The notes under the pieces were generated by a model, which had not been told where the DNA came from, did not search any database, and saw only the letters and a list, made by a program, of their open reading frames with translations. This document shows, in pieces, positions 41,608 through 51,162 of a stretch of 64,000 nt of DNA (position 1 is its first letter; the number at the start of each line of letters is the position of its first letter). The stretch spans positions 253,207-317,206 of the forward strand of contig OZ242313.1 in the NCBI GenBank assembly GCA_965208065.1, in the 5' to 3' direction. Origin of the DNA: Spirochaetia bacterium (GTDB taxonomy: Bacteria > Spirochaetota > Spirochaetia > SZUA-6 > Bin103). Made by a program: the position numbers and the translations under genes.

Positions 41608-42900
41608 ATGGGCGAATCAAAGAAGGCACAACTCACCATAGACGGATCCAGCTACGAACTGCCGATCATCCGCGGCACCGAGAACGAGGTGGCCGTGGAC
41701 ATAAGCCGGCTGCGCAACACGGCGGGGGTCATCACCATGGACCCCGGCTACGGCAACACCGGCTCATGCAGCAGCGCCATCACCTTTATCGACGGTGAAC
41801 GCGGCATCCTGCGCTACCGCGGCGTGCCGATCGAGGATCTGGCCGAGCACAGCACCTTCCTGGAGGCGGCGTGGCTGTTGATGGAGGGCGAACTGCCCAC
41901 CCAGGAAGAACTCGACACCTTCAAGGACCACATCACCTACCACACCATGGTCCACGAGGACGTGAAGCGGTTCTACGCCGGGTTCCCCCACAACGCGCAC
42001 CCGATGGCGGTGACCGGCGCGGTGGTGGGGGCGCTGTCCACCTTCTATCCCGACTCGATGCAGGTTACCAACGACCGCGAGATGGAGATCGCCATCCACC
42101 GGCTCATCGCCAAGGTGCCGACCATCGTCGCCTACTCCTACAAGCACTCCATGGGGCAGCCGTTCATGTCGCCGTTGAACAAGCTCCGCTACGCCGCCAA
42201 TTTCCTGCACATGATGTTCGCCACCCCCGCCGAGGAGTACGAGGTGGATCCGGTGGTGGCGCGCACCATGGACCTGATCTTCCTGCTGCACGCCGACCAC
42301 GAGCAAAACTGCTCGGCGAGCACGGTACGCATGGTGGGCAGCTCGCAGGCCAACCTGTTCTCGGCCATTTCAGCGGGGGTGCACGCGCTGTGGGGACCGC
42401 TGCACGGCGGCGCCAACCAGGCCGTGGTGGAGATGCTCGAGCAGATTCTCGCCTCCGGCGACGATGGCAAGCAGTTCCTGGACAAGGTCAAGAACAAGCG
42501 CGCCGGTACGCGGCTGATGGGGTTCGGGCACCGCGTGTACAAGAACTTCGATCCGCGCGCCACCATCCTCAAGCGCGCCTGCTTCGAGGTGCTCGAACGG
42601 CTCGGCGTGTCCACCCCGCTGCTCGACATTGCCGTACAGCTCGAGGAAATCGCCCTGCGCGACGACTACTTCATAGCCCGCAAGCTGTATCCCAACGTGG
42701 ACTTCTACTCCGGTATCATCCTGCAGGCGCTTGGCGTGCCGGTGAACATGTTCACCACCCTGTTCACGATCGGGCGGCTGCCCGGCTGGATCGCGCACTG
42801 GACCGAGATGATCCACGACCCGCAGAATCGCATCGCGCGCCCGCGGCAAGTCTACACCGGCGCACGCGAACGTCCCTACGTGCCCATGGAGCAGCGTTAG
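41608..42900 (+). CDS. gltA: Citrate synthase
   Basis: DPGY.NT, HADHEQNCS, GPLHGGAN, MGFGHRVYKNFDPR, YPNVDFYSG. Confidence 0.96.
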   Translation: MGESKKAQLTIDGSSYELPIIRGTENEVAVDISRLRNTAGVITMDPGYGNTGSCSSAITFIDGERGILRYRGVPIEDLAEHSTFLEAAWLLMEGELPTQEELDTFKDHITYHTMVHEDVKRFYAGFPHNAHPMAVTGAVVGALSTFYPDSMQVTNDREMEIAIHRLIAKVPTIVAYSYKHSMGQPFMSPLNKLRYAANFLHMMFATPAEEYEVDPVVARTMDLIFLLHADHEQNCSASTVRMVGSSQANLFSAISAGVHALWGPLHGGANQAVVEMLEQILASGDDGKQFLDKVKNKRAGTRLMGFGHRVYKNFDPRATILKRACFEVLERLGVSTPLLDIAVQLEEIALRDDYFIARKLYPNVDFYSGIILQALGVPVNMFTTLFTIGRLPGWIAHWTEMIHDPQNRIARPRQVYTGARERPYVPMEQR

Positions 42901-42905
42901 CGCCG

Positions 42906-43457
42906 CTACGAATCGGCGGCGGTCGTGTCGAGGTGGATGCGGCTGCCGACGGCGGCTGACTGGTGCTGGTACTTGCCCTGGTAGGGGCGGGTCGTGCTGC
43001 GGTCGAGTTGCGCGAAGACGATCTGGCAGATTCTGCGCCCGGCGCGCAGGCGAATCGGCAGGCGGTTGGCGTTGAACAGCTCCAGGGTAATGGTGCCGTC
43101 GAAGCCGGGGTCGACCCAGCCGGCGTTCTGAATGAACAGCCCGATGCGCCCGATCGAGCTGCGCCCCTCCACGAACGCCGTCATGTTGGCCGGCAGGCGG
43201 ATCCGTTCGCGGGTCACGGCAAGCAGAAACGACAGCGGCGGAATGACGATCTCCTCGTCGGCGCCGGTGTGCAGGTCGAGGTAGCGCAGCTCCGAGTCCA
43301 GCGTGATCCGGTCGATGGAGTTCTCGTCCACCTTCAGGAAGTGGGTGCCGAGGGTCAGGTCGATGGATGCCGGCTGCATGTGGGCCGGATCGAGCGGCTC
43401 CACCACCACCTCGCCCGCCGCGATAAGCTCCTGCAGGGTCTCTCTGGAAACGATCAC
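42906..43457 (-). CDS. dcd: dCTP deaminase
   Basis: QPASIDL, EGRSSIGRIG, AGWVDPGF.G.ITLE, Y.GKYQ.Q. Confidence 0.93.
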   Translation of the reverse strand: MIVSRETLQELIAAGEVVVEPLDPAHMQPASIDLTLGTHFLKVDENSIDRITLDSELRYLDLHTGADEEIVIPPLSFLLAVTRERIRLPANMTAFVEGRSSIGRIGLFIQNAGWVDPGFDGTITLELFNANRLPIRLRAGRRICQIVFAQLDRSTTRPYQGKYQHQSAAVGSRIHLDTTAADS

Positions 43458-43596
43458 GATGCGGAGGATAGCCGCAAACCCGACAGCCCGGCCACACGTT
43501 CCCAGACCGCCTTGACCGCCTTGACCGCCGGGGGCGGGAGCCGTATGCATACGCCCCTTCGATGAGCGATGCCGCAGCAACCTGAGGAGTACACCC

Positions 43597-43920
43597 ATGG
43601 CCCATGAGCATGCGAATCCCGGAGCAGTAATGGATCTGCTCACCTTCGGCGAGACGATGTCCACCGCCCTGGTAAAGGAGCGTGAATTCGAGTCGATTCT
43701 GCTCCGGCTCGAACCGGGACGATCAATCCCGGAACACAAGGTGGACGGCCCCATCACGGTGCAGTGTGTGAGTGGTGCGTGCGCCTTTACCGTCGGCGGC
43801 GAGCCGCGCGAGATGGTTGCCGGTTCCTGGCTCTACCTGCGCGGCGGCGCGTTGCACGCCCTGCAGGCGAACGAACCCTGCACACTCCTCGTCACCATCA
43901 TGTTCCCGCACCACACCTGA
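43597..43920 (+). CDS. Cupin domain protein
   Basis: IPEHKVDGPITVQC..G, H.LQA; GAGGAG RBS. Confidence 0.8.
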   Translation: MAHEHANPGAVMDLLTFGETMSTALVKEREFESILLRLEPGRSIPEHKVDGPITVQCVSGACAFTVGGEPREMVAGSWLYLRGGALHALQANEPCTLLVTIMFPHHT

Positions 43921-44085
43921 CCACCGGCATGCGGGCCGTCCGGCTGTCGCGAGCGCCCGGCGCGGCGTCTCTGCGGATCAGGACCCCTAGTTTGCTTGAG
44001 CCTTACGTAGAGCGTAGCGTACTACACTGCACCAGCGGGCGGACGCGGCGTCACCCTTGGCGGCGGCGCCGCGCAACCACGACAG

Positions 44086-44880
44086 TTACAGGGCAAGGTA
44101 GGCCGTATTGCCAATCCGCCGGCCGCCGTCATCCGGCAGCTCCTCCTCCGGCGCGGTGCGGTCGCGCAACTCGCCCCTGTTCTCTCCGATGCGCTGGTGC
44201 AGCGCGCCCATCTGCGCGGGCGTACAGATGATCGTGCCGTGGTTGTGCACCTTTGCCAGCTTCTCGGCCAACATACTCGGGGATACGGCGGCATCGATCA
44301 CCAACTCCCCGCCGACCCATAGCGTGGCCGTGCCATCCAGTGCGGCGAGGCGCTGGGCGTAGAGGGTCGCTTCGCCGTCTTCCAGCCACAGCGTGCATTC
44401 GATCCGCCGGCGCAAGAGCTTTCGTGCCGCGTGCAATCGTGAGCGAACCGTTGCCGGCGGAACGCCTAACGCGCGCGCCAACTCGATCCCGCTCATCCCG
44501 TCGCCGTACCTCCGGCGCCACAGCTCGCGCAACGGCACCGGCAGCGTGTTGAGCAATCCCTCAATCTGGAGCGGTAGCAGCTCGTCGACCTCGGGTGACG
44601 CTGACTGCGGTTCCAACTGCGACAGTAGCTGTTGCTCCCGAGCGGAGCGTCGGCACTGATCGATGAACAGGTTCTTCAACACCCGGCGCAGCCACGCTCG
44701 CCGCTGCGAACGCGTCAACTGGCCCAGCAACGGCAGGTGTCCCCAGGCGCGGATGAACGTCTCCTGGACCAGATCCTCAGCCCACTCCCGATCGTGCACC
44801 AGCGTCGCGGCGTAACCATGCAGCGGCCCCTCGAGCTCTCCGAACAGCTCTGCAAATGACACTGGCCAACCTGATCGCAC
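44086..44880 (-). CDS. ECF sigma factor with an ~85-aa C-terminal extension (possible deletion fusion)
   Basis: AEDLVQETFIRAW (sigma2), LGVPPATVRSRLHAAR (sigma4), followed by unrelated sequence ending IGNTAYLAL. Confidence 0.75.
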   Translation of the reverse strand: MRSGWPVSFAELFGELEGPLHGYAATLVHDREWAEDLVQETFIRAWGHLPLLGQLTRSQRRAWLRRVLKNLFIDQCRRSAREQQLLSQLEPQSASPEVDELLPLQIEGLLNTLPVPLRELWRRRYGDGMSGIELARALGVPPATVRSRLHAARKLLRRRIECTLWLEDGEATLYAQRLAALDGTATLWVGGELVIDAAVSPSMLAEKLAKVHNHGTIICTPAQMGALHQRIGENRGELRDRTAPEEELPDDGGRRIGNTAYLAL

Positions 44881-45117
44881 GCTTCCCGGTTCCTCCCCAT
44901 CGGCGGATTCTATAAGGGTAACGAACCGAAGCTCACCTCTGTTCGACCTTTCTTCGGCGTTCCCGTGCTAACCTCGCTTCCGAGATGCCGCCGTACGCCG
45001 CGATTCCCGGTCAGTTTCATACGTTGCAATCCTTGCGGCGAACCCATGGATTCTTCCTTTCTGCGATGGCCCGGCGGTTGCGGACCTGCCAGGGTCTGAT
45101 CGTAAGCGCATAGTTCC

Positions 45118-45525
45118 TTGTCATTCGAAGCCCTCCGCCGGCGTGTCCGGGTGCTGGTCGCCAAGACCCCGGTGGTGGGAATCATCCTGTCGGTCGCCAC
45201 CCTGTACGGACTGTGGCTGGTGGCAACCGCGACCACGGTCCCGGAGTTCATCTCTGCGGCGGCGCAACCGTCGGACGAACGGGTGTTCTTCGCCGATTTT
45301 CCTGCTACGCCCGGCACTTCCATAACGCGAGTATCGATCGTCGACGGCAACGGAAAGCGATTCGATGCGAAGCTGCTCCGCCGCGAGAGTACCGCGGCAC
45401 GAACCCACGTTTGGGCGCGCTCGGCCGGCGGGATCGAGACTCCGGATGCCACGATGGAGCTTGCCGTGGGTGAGCGATCCCTGCTCAGCTACGCCGTTGC
45501 GGTGCTGTTTCGGCGGGACCGATGA
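45118..45525 (+). CDS. Small membrane-anchored protein, truncated HlyD-like accessory
   Basis: N-terminal TM helix; C-terminal ELAVGERSLLSY resembles MFP ends; ATGA overlap with the ABC gene. Confidence 0.5.
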   Translation: MSFEALRRRVRVLVAKTPVVGIILSVATLYGLWLVATATTVPEFISAAAQPSDERVFFADFPATPGTSITRVSIVDGNGKRFDAKLLRRESTAARTHVWARSAGGIETPDATMELAVGERSLLSYAVAVLFRRDR

Positions 45526-47285
45526 GCCCGGATCCCGGCGCCACCGGCAGGGCAGGTCAACGCAGCCGCCTGGCGTTCGCGTGGCGGATGGCGCGTGGCG
45601 ACCGGATGGCGTGGGTCACGTCCCTTGTCAACGCTCTGTTCACCCACTTCTTCCGTGCTCTGCTGCCCATCGTGTACGCACTCGTTGTCGACCAGGTAAT
45701 CACCCACCGGGATCTGTCGTTGGTGCCGGCGCTGGCGTTGTGTTTCGCCATGATGCTGGCCGCCAACGAAGGGCTGTTCGCCATCGGTCACGTGTCCTGG
45801 GTCTACAAGGTTACCGACTTCGACGCCAAGGTGCGCCGGCGCATATTTCGCCGCATCCTCTCGGCGCGGAGCGAGTCGCTCGAACGCCGCAAGACGGGCG
45901 ACCTGGCGGAGACGGTGGAGACCGATGCGCAGCAGATCACCTGGTACGTCGACGAACTCGGCATCTGGATTCCGGATGCGTTCATCGGACTGGTCATAGC
46001 GTTGCTGTTCATGGGAGCCATCAGTCCGCTCCTGGCGCTCCTTGCCGCCATAGCCGCACCGCTAACCGCTTTCCTCTCCCACCTGATGGGGCTGCGCGGG
46101 CGGCGCGTGGCCGACGCCTATCGCACCCGCTACGGCGGCTACTCGAGTTGGCTGTTCGAAGTCATCCGCGGCGCGGCCGATCTGCAGCAGATGGGAGCCA
46201 CTACCACGGTGGCGCGCTGGCTGGTGGCCCGGCTGCGGGGATTGATCCACCTCAAGGTGAGGCAGTCTCTGGTGGAGCTCTCTTCGGAGCGGGTTCGCGA
46301 ACTGGTCGCGACGGTGCTGGAGATCGCGTTCTTCGTGGCGGTCAGTGCGCTGGTCCTTTCCGACCGGCTTTCCATCGGCGGATACATCGCGGTGGCGACT
46401 TACTTCCTGACCGCCCGCGACGAGCTCAGCAAGATCAGCGACGACCTGTTCCAGCTGCGCATCTACTCGGTGGGGGTGGACCGTATCCGCGATGTGATGG
46501 ATTTGCCGTCCGAACACGACCGCGGTCCGGCCCTCGACGCTGCCCCGCGAGCGGTCGTCTTCGATGACGTCAGATTTCGGTACCGCCAGGACGTTCCGGT
46601 GCTGGAGGGGATTTCGTTGCGGGTGGAGCCTGGCGAGCAGGTAGCGATTGTCGGCGGCAGCGGCGCGGGCAAGTCCTCGATCGTCACACTGCTCGCACGG
46701 CTGCGCGATTCTGAGTCCGGCTCGGTCATGATCGGTGAGCACAACGTCGCGCACTACTCCCGTACGTCGGTGCGCAGATGGTTTGGATTCGTGCAGCAGG
46801 ATCCGCTGATATTCAGCGACACCGTGCGCGCCAACCTTTGTCTGGAAGCCACGAACGAGAGTGCCGAGAGGATCTCCGACCAACTGCTGTGGGAGGCCTG
46901 CCGGGTTGCGCAGATCAGTGACACCGTGCACCGCTTCCCGGACAGCTTGGACACGTTGATCGGATCCGAAGGGCGGACGCTTTCGGCGGGTGAGAAGCAA
47001 CGGCTGGAGCTGGCCCGGGTGCTGCTGCGGCAACCGACCGTGCTGGTGATCGACGAGGGGCTTTCCGCGGTCGATCCGGACACCGAGCGCTCCATCTACC
47101 GCCGGCTGTTCGGCGCCGACCGGTGCCGTTCGACCATCATCATTGCTCACCGTCTCAGTTCGATCATCGATTGTCAGCGCATTCTTGTCCTGGACGGAGG
47201 GGTCATTGCCGCATCCGGTTCGCACGATGAACTGATCCGCGACTGCGCCGCCTATCAGCGGCTCTTTCGGGAGCAGGTCGAGTGA
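45522..47285 (+). CDS. ABC exporter, TMD-NBD subunit
   Basis: TM domain, GGSGAGKS, LSAGEKQR, IDE, IAHR. Confidence 0.9.
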   Translation: MSPDPGATGRAGQRSRLAFAWRMARGDRMAWVTSLVNALFTHFFRALLPIVYALVVDQVITHRDLSLVPALALCFAMMLAANEGLFAIGHVSWVYKVTDFDAKVRRRIFRRILSARSESLERRKTGDLAETVETDAQQITWYVDELGIWIPDAFIGLVIALLFMGAISPLLALLAAIAAPLTAFLSHLMGLRGRRVADAYRTRYGGYSSWLFEVIRGAADLQQMGATTTVARWLVARLRGLIHLKVRQSLVELSSERVRELVATVLEIAFFVAVSALVLSDRLSIGGYIAVATYFLTARDELSKISDDLFQLRIYSVGVDRIRDVMDLPSEHDRGPALDAAPRAVVFDDVRFRYRQDVPVLEGISLRVEPGEQVAIVGGSGAGKSSIVTLLARLRDSESGSVMIGEHNVAHYSRTSVRRWFGFVQQDPLIFSDTVRANLCLEATNESAERISDQLLWEACRVAQISDTVHRFPDSLDTLIGSEGRTLSAGEKQRLELARVLLRQPTVLVIDEGLSAVDPDTERSIYRRLFGADRCRSTIIIAHRLSSIIDCQRILVLDGGVIAASGSHDELIRDCAAYQRLFREQVE

Positions 47286-49012
47286 ACACCGGGGCCTCCG
47301 ACCTCAGCCTGGACCAGACCAAGGCGGCCCTGCGCCCGGCAGGTTTGTTGACCGTGCTGCTGGTGGTGCTGAAGGGCCTCCTGGTTGTCACCACGTTGAT
47401 CCCGCCGGCGCTGACCGGACTGTTCGTCGACGAGGTGCTGGTCGGTCGAAATGCGGATCGCCTCTGGCTGATGCTTGGGGCCTTCCTCGCAGTCTACGGA
47501 GTGGAAACCGTACTCAAGGCGGTGGAGATCCTGATGCAGAACCGCGCGGTCCACCGCGTGGTCTTCCGCCAGAGAATGCGGGTCTTCCGCTCCATCCAGC
47601 GGCTGCCGTGGAGCGAATTGATGCGTCATGCCCCCGGCGAGTTGCTCAAACGCGTGGAGGACGACAGCGAGGAACTGGGCGCATTGTTGCTGCAGCGGAT
47701 CGAACGCATCTTCAACTGGTGTCTCATCGTGGCGGGGGGCGTGGTGTGCGTCGCCATGAGCTGGCAGCTCGCGCTGGCCGCCTCCGCGCTCACGACGCTC
47801 CTCTGGCTGGCGGGGCGGTGGATCAAACGGCAAGCCGGCGTGCGCAGCCACGCGCACCGGGAAGCGATGGGGAGGTGGTCCGCCTGGTTGCACGAGTCGC
47901 TGCTCGGCTGGCGCGAGGTGCGCATGCTGGCGATCGAGAACGAACAGAGCGCGAAGATGGCGGCCTGGCTGCGCAGAATCAACCGGCTGCGCGGGGCAAG
48001 CCATACCTTCACGTACCTGCAGCACGCCATCGGACGCCTGCAGGAGCACTACGTCTCACAGGCAACGCTGTACTTTCTGGGCGGCGTGCTGATCTTCGCC
48101 GGGTCGCTGACCCTGGGCGGGCTGATTGCTTTCATGCGCTACTTCGCGCGCGTCCTGGATGCCGCCGATCGAATCAACGCACTGAACGCCGAGCTGGGTA
48201 ACCTGCAACCACGCCTGAGGCGCTCCTTCGAAGTTACCGAATGGCCGCAGATTCCACCCCCGAGGGCGCGCCTCGCACCGGCTGTCGTGCCCGAAATCGA
48301 GCTGCGTGACGTGGTCCTCGCGTACGACGGAGCCGAGCCCGTGCTGCGCGGCGTCGACTGCGTCATTTCCGCCAACAGCCGGGTAGCTGTCGTGGGCTCG
48401 TCCGGCAGCGGCAAGTCCACCATTGCGCGCATCGTTGCCGGTCAGCAATTGCCCACTTCGGGCGAGTTGCGTATCGGCGCCCGCCGGTTGCAACCGACCG
48501 ATGGCATGCGGGCGCTGGGAACCGCGATTCTGATTGGCCAGGACAGCGTCGTCTACAACATGTCGCTCAGGGAAAACCTGCTGCTGGCTCGTCCACGAAG
48601 TACCGACGGCGAGCTGTTGGCAGTCTGCGCCGACGCCCAGCTGCAGGAACTGGTCGAGCGCTTGCCCGGGGGGCTTGATGCGGTGGTCGGCGAGCGCGGG
48701 CGGCAGCTCTCGGCCGGAGAGCGGCAACGGCTCATTCTCGCCCGAACCATGCTGCTCGATCGTCCGATCCTGGTTCTCGATGAAGCGATGTCGCAACTCG
48801 ACGACCCCACCGCACGGTCAATCAATCAGAAACTGGTCGGCGAACGAGATCAGGGAACGGTGATCGTTATCGCTCATCGGGTCAGTACCATCGTGGATCT
48901 GCCGCGCATCCTGGTGCTCGACGGCGGACGGATCACGGCGGACGGCCGACACGCCGAATTGCTGCGCACCAGCGAAAAATACCGCACCCTGTTTGCTTCG
49001 GAGCCCGAGTAA
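47282..49012 (+). CDS. ABC exporter, TMD-NBD subunit (heterodimer partner)
   Basis: GSSGSGKS, LSAGERQR, LDE, IAHR. Confidence 0.9.
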   Translation: MNTGASDLSLDQTKAALRPAGLLTVLLVVLKGLLVVTTLIPPALTGLFVDEVLVGRNADRLWLMLGAFLAVYGVETVLKAVEILMQNRAVHRVVFRQRMRVFRSIQRLPWSELMRHAPGELLKRVEDDSEELGALLLQRIERIFNWCLIVAGGVVCVAMSWQLALAASALTTLLWLAGRWIKRQAGVRSHAHREAMGRWSAWLHESLLGWREVRMLAIENEQSAKMAAWLRRINRLRGASHTFTYLQHAIGRLQEHYVSQATLYFLGGVLIFAGSLTLGGLIAFMRYFARVLDAADRINALNAELGNLQPRLRRSFEVTEWPQIPPPRARLAPAVVPEIELRDVVLAYDGAEPVLRGVDCVISANSRVAVVGSSGSGKSTIARIVAGQQLPTSGELRIGARRLQPTDGMRALGTAILIGQDSVVYNMSLRENLLLARPRSTDGELLAVCADAQLQELVERLPGGLDAVVGERGRQLSAGERQRLILARTMLLDRPILVLDEAMSQLDDPTARSINQKLVGERDQGTVIVIAHRVSTIVDLPRILVLDGGRITADGRHAELLRTSEKYRTLFASEPE

Positions 49013-49033
49013 AGTCGTATCTCCCATCCCGAG

Positions 49034-49447
49034 CTACAACTGCGTGGCAAGGCGCGTGCGGACGGTGTCGATCTGGTTCAGGAGCCGGTCTGCTCGCTGC
49101 ACGGAATCTTCCGCCTCCGACCGCGAGGTGGACTCGAAGTCGCCGTAGTCCACGTCGGTACGCCGGGTCATCAGCGTTTTGAAATCCTTGGCAACGCTGA
49201 CCGGCAACAGCTTGGTCCTGATGAACCGCAGGCTGAGGATAGTCACCGCGCCGCCGTGTGATTCCGGATTTACGCCGTCGAGAATGAGCAGCGCGCGTAC
49301 CGCACTCAGGGCGGCGTAGTAGCTGCGGTTCACCGCGTTATTCAACCGCTCGTCGGCCAAGGTTGCCCGTGCATCGGCGAGAGCCTCGCGCGCCTTGGCG
49401 AAGCGGATATCGCTGAGCGTCTTCTTGTCGTCGACGTTCAGCGTCAT
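49034..49447 (-). CDS. HEPN domain protein (UPF0332-like)
   Basis: AVNRSYYA, SHGG, RTDVDY (R-x4-Y). Confidence 0.85.
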   Translation of the reverse strand: MTLNVDDKKTLSDIRFAKAREALADARATLADERLNNAVNRSYYAALSAVRALLILDGVNPESHGGAVTILSLRFIRTKLLPVSVAKDFKTLMTRRTDVDYGDFESTSRSEAEDSVQRADRLLNQIDTVRTRLATQL

Positions 49448-49782
49448 ACCGGGATGGCCTCCCGCGCCACGTTCTCGTAAAAGGGTGAGTGGTACCGGCG
49501 TTCGAGCGCGAAGCTGGCAGAATCCTTGATCACCGGATCGAATGGGATGCCAGTGCGCAATTCCTCCTCGACGCAACTGTCGATGACGGCGCGTTCTACC
49601 TCCGGGGTACGTCCCGTGACGACCACAAGCAAGTCGAGGTCCGACTCACCCCCGTGATCGCCTCGCACGCGCGACCCGAAGGCGTAGATGGCCTCCAGCC
49701 GGACGTCTCCCTGGCTGTTCTCCAGACGTGTTCTAATCGCTGTGGCGACTCGCGCCAATGCCTGTCGTGTGGGCGTATACAC
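49444..49782 (-). CDS. Minimal nucleotidyltransferase (MNT)
   Basis: FGSRVRGD...SDLDLLVV; overlaps the HEPN start. Confidence 0.85.
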   Translation of the reverse strand: MYTPTRQALARVATAIRTRLENSQGDVRLEAIYAFGSRVRGDHGGESDLDLLVVVTGRTPEVERAVIDSCVEEELRTGIPFDPVIKDSASFALERRYHSPFYENVAREAIPV

Positions 49783-49812
49783 TGACGTGCTTCCGCATCA
49801 GGATAACCGTAA

Positions 49813-49988
49813 CTCGGCGAGCGCTTCCAGGGAACGGTGATCGTCATCGCCCACTGCGTCAGTACCATCGCCGACCTGCCGCGCATCCTGGTGCTCGACG
49901 GGGCCGCATCGCAGCGGACGGCACCCACGCCGACCTGCTGCGCACCAGCACCAGGTACCGCAACCTGTACTCCCCACCACCCGAGTAG
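49813..49988 (+). repeat. Diverged copy 2 of the 3' end of ABC gene 47282-49012
   Basis: GERFQGTVIVIAHCVSTIADLPRILVLDG..(frameshift)..DGTHADLLRTSTRYRNLYSPPPE*, homologous to ~48836-49012. Confidence 0.88.
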
Positions 49989-50113
49989 CCCGCTGGCGAC
50001 TGGCTCGCGCCGCTGGCGCCCCGGCGGCTGGACATCGGAGCCAGCGTGAACCACCATTGCAGCAGCCCGCTGGGCTTCCCGGTCGCCAAGCACAACACCA
50101 TCGGAGGAATGCG

Positions 50114-50464
50114 ATGAGAGAATCCGTGCCCCGACGCGTCACCGAATCAGGAATCTTCGTATGGCCATGGGCTACGCCACACGGTCTCGCGATTGTTGTG
50201 GGCGCGGCGGGCGGCGGCGGTGGCGGGGGCGGGGCCCTTTGTCTTGAGGGCTTGAACCTCTTTGGCGCGGGCGGCGGCGGTGGCGGTGGTGGCGGCGCCG
50301 CCACCACCGTTCGCACTGGAGACAAGATACACAGGGCTGCCGGCGGCAGTGGTGGTGACGGCGGTGGTGGTGGCGACGGCTACAAACAAGGTGATACGGG
50401 AGCCAGCGGCAACGGTGGAGTTGTATTGTTCGTGCCTTTGCCTGCTGAGGAAGGAGACGATTAG
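50114..50464 (+). CDS. Small glycine-rich protein (Gly-rich domain-like)
   Basis: GGAGG RBS; TESGIFVWP...VVGAAGGGGGGGG...GASGNGGVVLF. Confidence 0.6.
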   Translation: MRESVPRRVTESGIFVWPWATPHGLAIVVGAAGGGGGGGGALCLEGLNLFGAGGGGGGGGGAATTVRTGDKIHRAAGGSGGDGGGGGDGYKQGDTGASGNGGVVLFVPLPAEEGDD

Positions 50465-51076
50465 TGGATTCCGCTCAAGCCGAGACTGGCCGTGTTGGTC
50501 TGGCTTCACGCGATGCGTTTCTTTCGGAATTGGATCTGGATCCCGATGGTCGTGTGGAGTTGTTGGAACTACTGTCTGGAAGGATACCTGAAGACTCGGT
50601 CGAAGAGCTGCTCGATGGTCCGTTTCGTCGACGAAGAAAACTGCGGACCAGAACGCGTTATTCGGATGGGTCGTATCCCGTGTTCTACAGTGCTCTGCAG
50701 GAAGAAACCGCCGAGTCTGAAGTGGCTTTTCTGGTTTGGTAAAGAGTACGTTGGAAGGCCGAAGCGCAGTCGTACCGCCTACTATCAGGGATTCCGTTGC
50801 ATGTTCGATGGTGTCGAGAAAGACCTTCGGTCCAGGGCACAGGAGTGGCCAGACTTGGTCCACGATAGTGATTATTCGTTTTGCAACCAACTCGGCGCAG
50901 AAGCCCTCGCGTTGGGCATAGATGGACTGGTCGTCCCGTCAGCCCGGCATGAAGGCGCAAACATGCCGATTTTCGTGCGCCGGGCGCTGAGCAATCCGAA
51001 GTTGGCCGACATCGTGGCGGTAACTTACCGGATCGACAGGAATGACGTAGTGGTCGCTCGTCCGAATCAGCGATAG
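50464..51076 (+). pseudogene. RES-domain toxin split by a frameshift
   Basis: TRYSDGSYPVFYSAL.EETA.SEV in one frame and DY..CNQLG...GL.VPSAR..G.N in the next; shift at the T-run ~50727-50730; AAGGAG RBS. Confidence 0.78.
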
Positions 51077-51162
51077 CGCAGCGGCAGCAATGCGAACCTC
51101 CGAAACGACAACCTCCCTCGCTCGGCAAAGATTCGCGGAGACTTCCGGAGCGAGCCAATCAC

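Noticed and set aside
50114-50464. Gly-rich ORF as a microcin B17-like RiPP precursor with the S66 peptidase as immunity
   Set aside because: No YcaO or other modifying enzymes are present and the Gly tracts have few Ser/Cys residues; a Gly-rich structural domain fits better.
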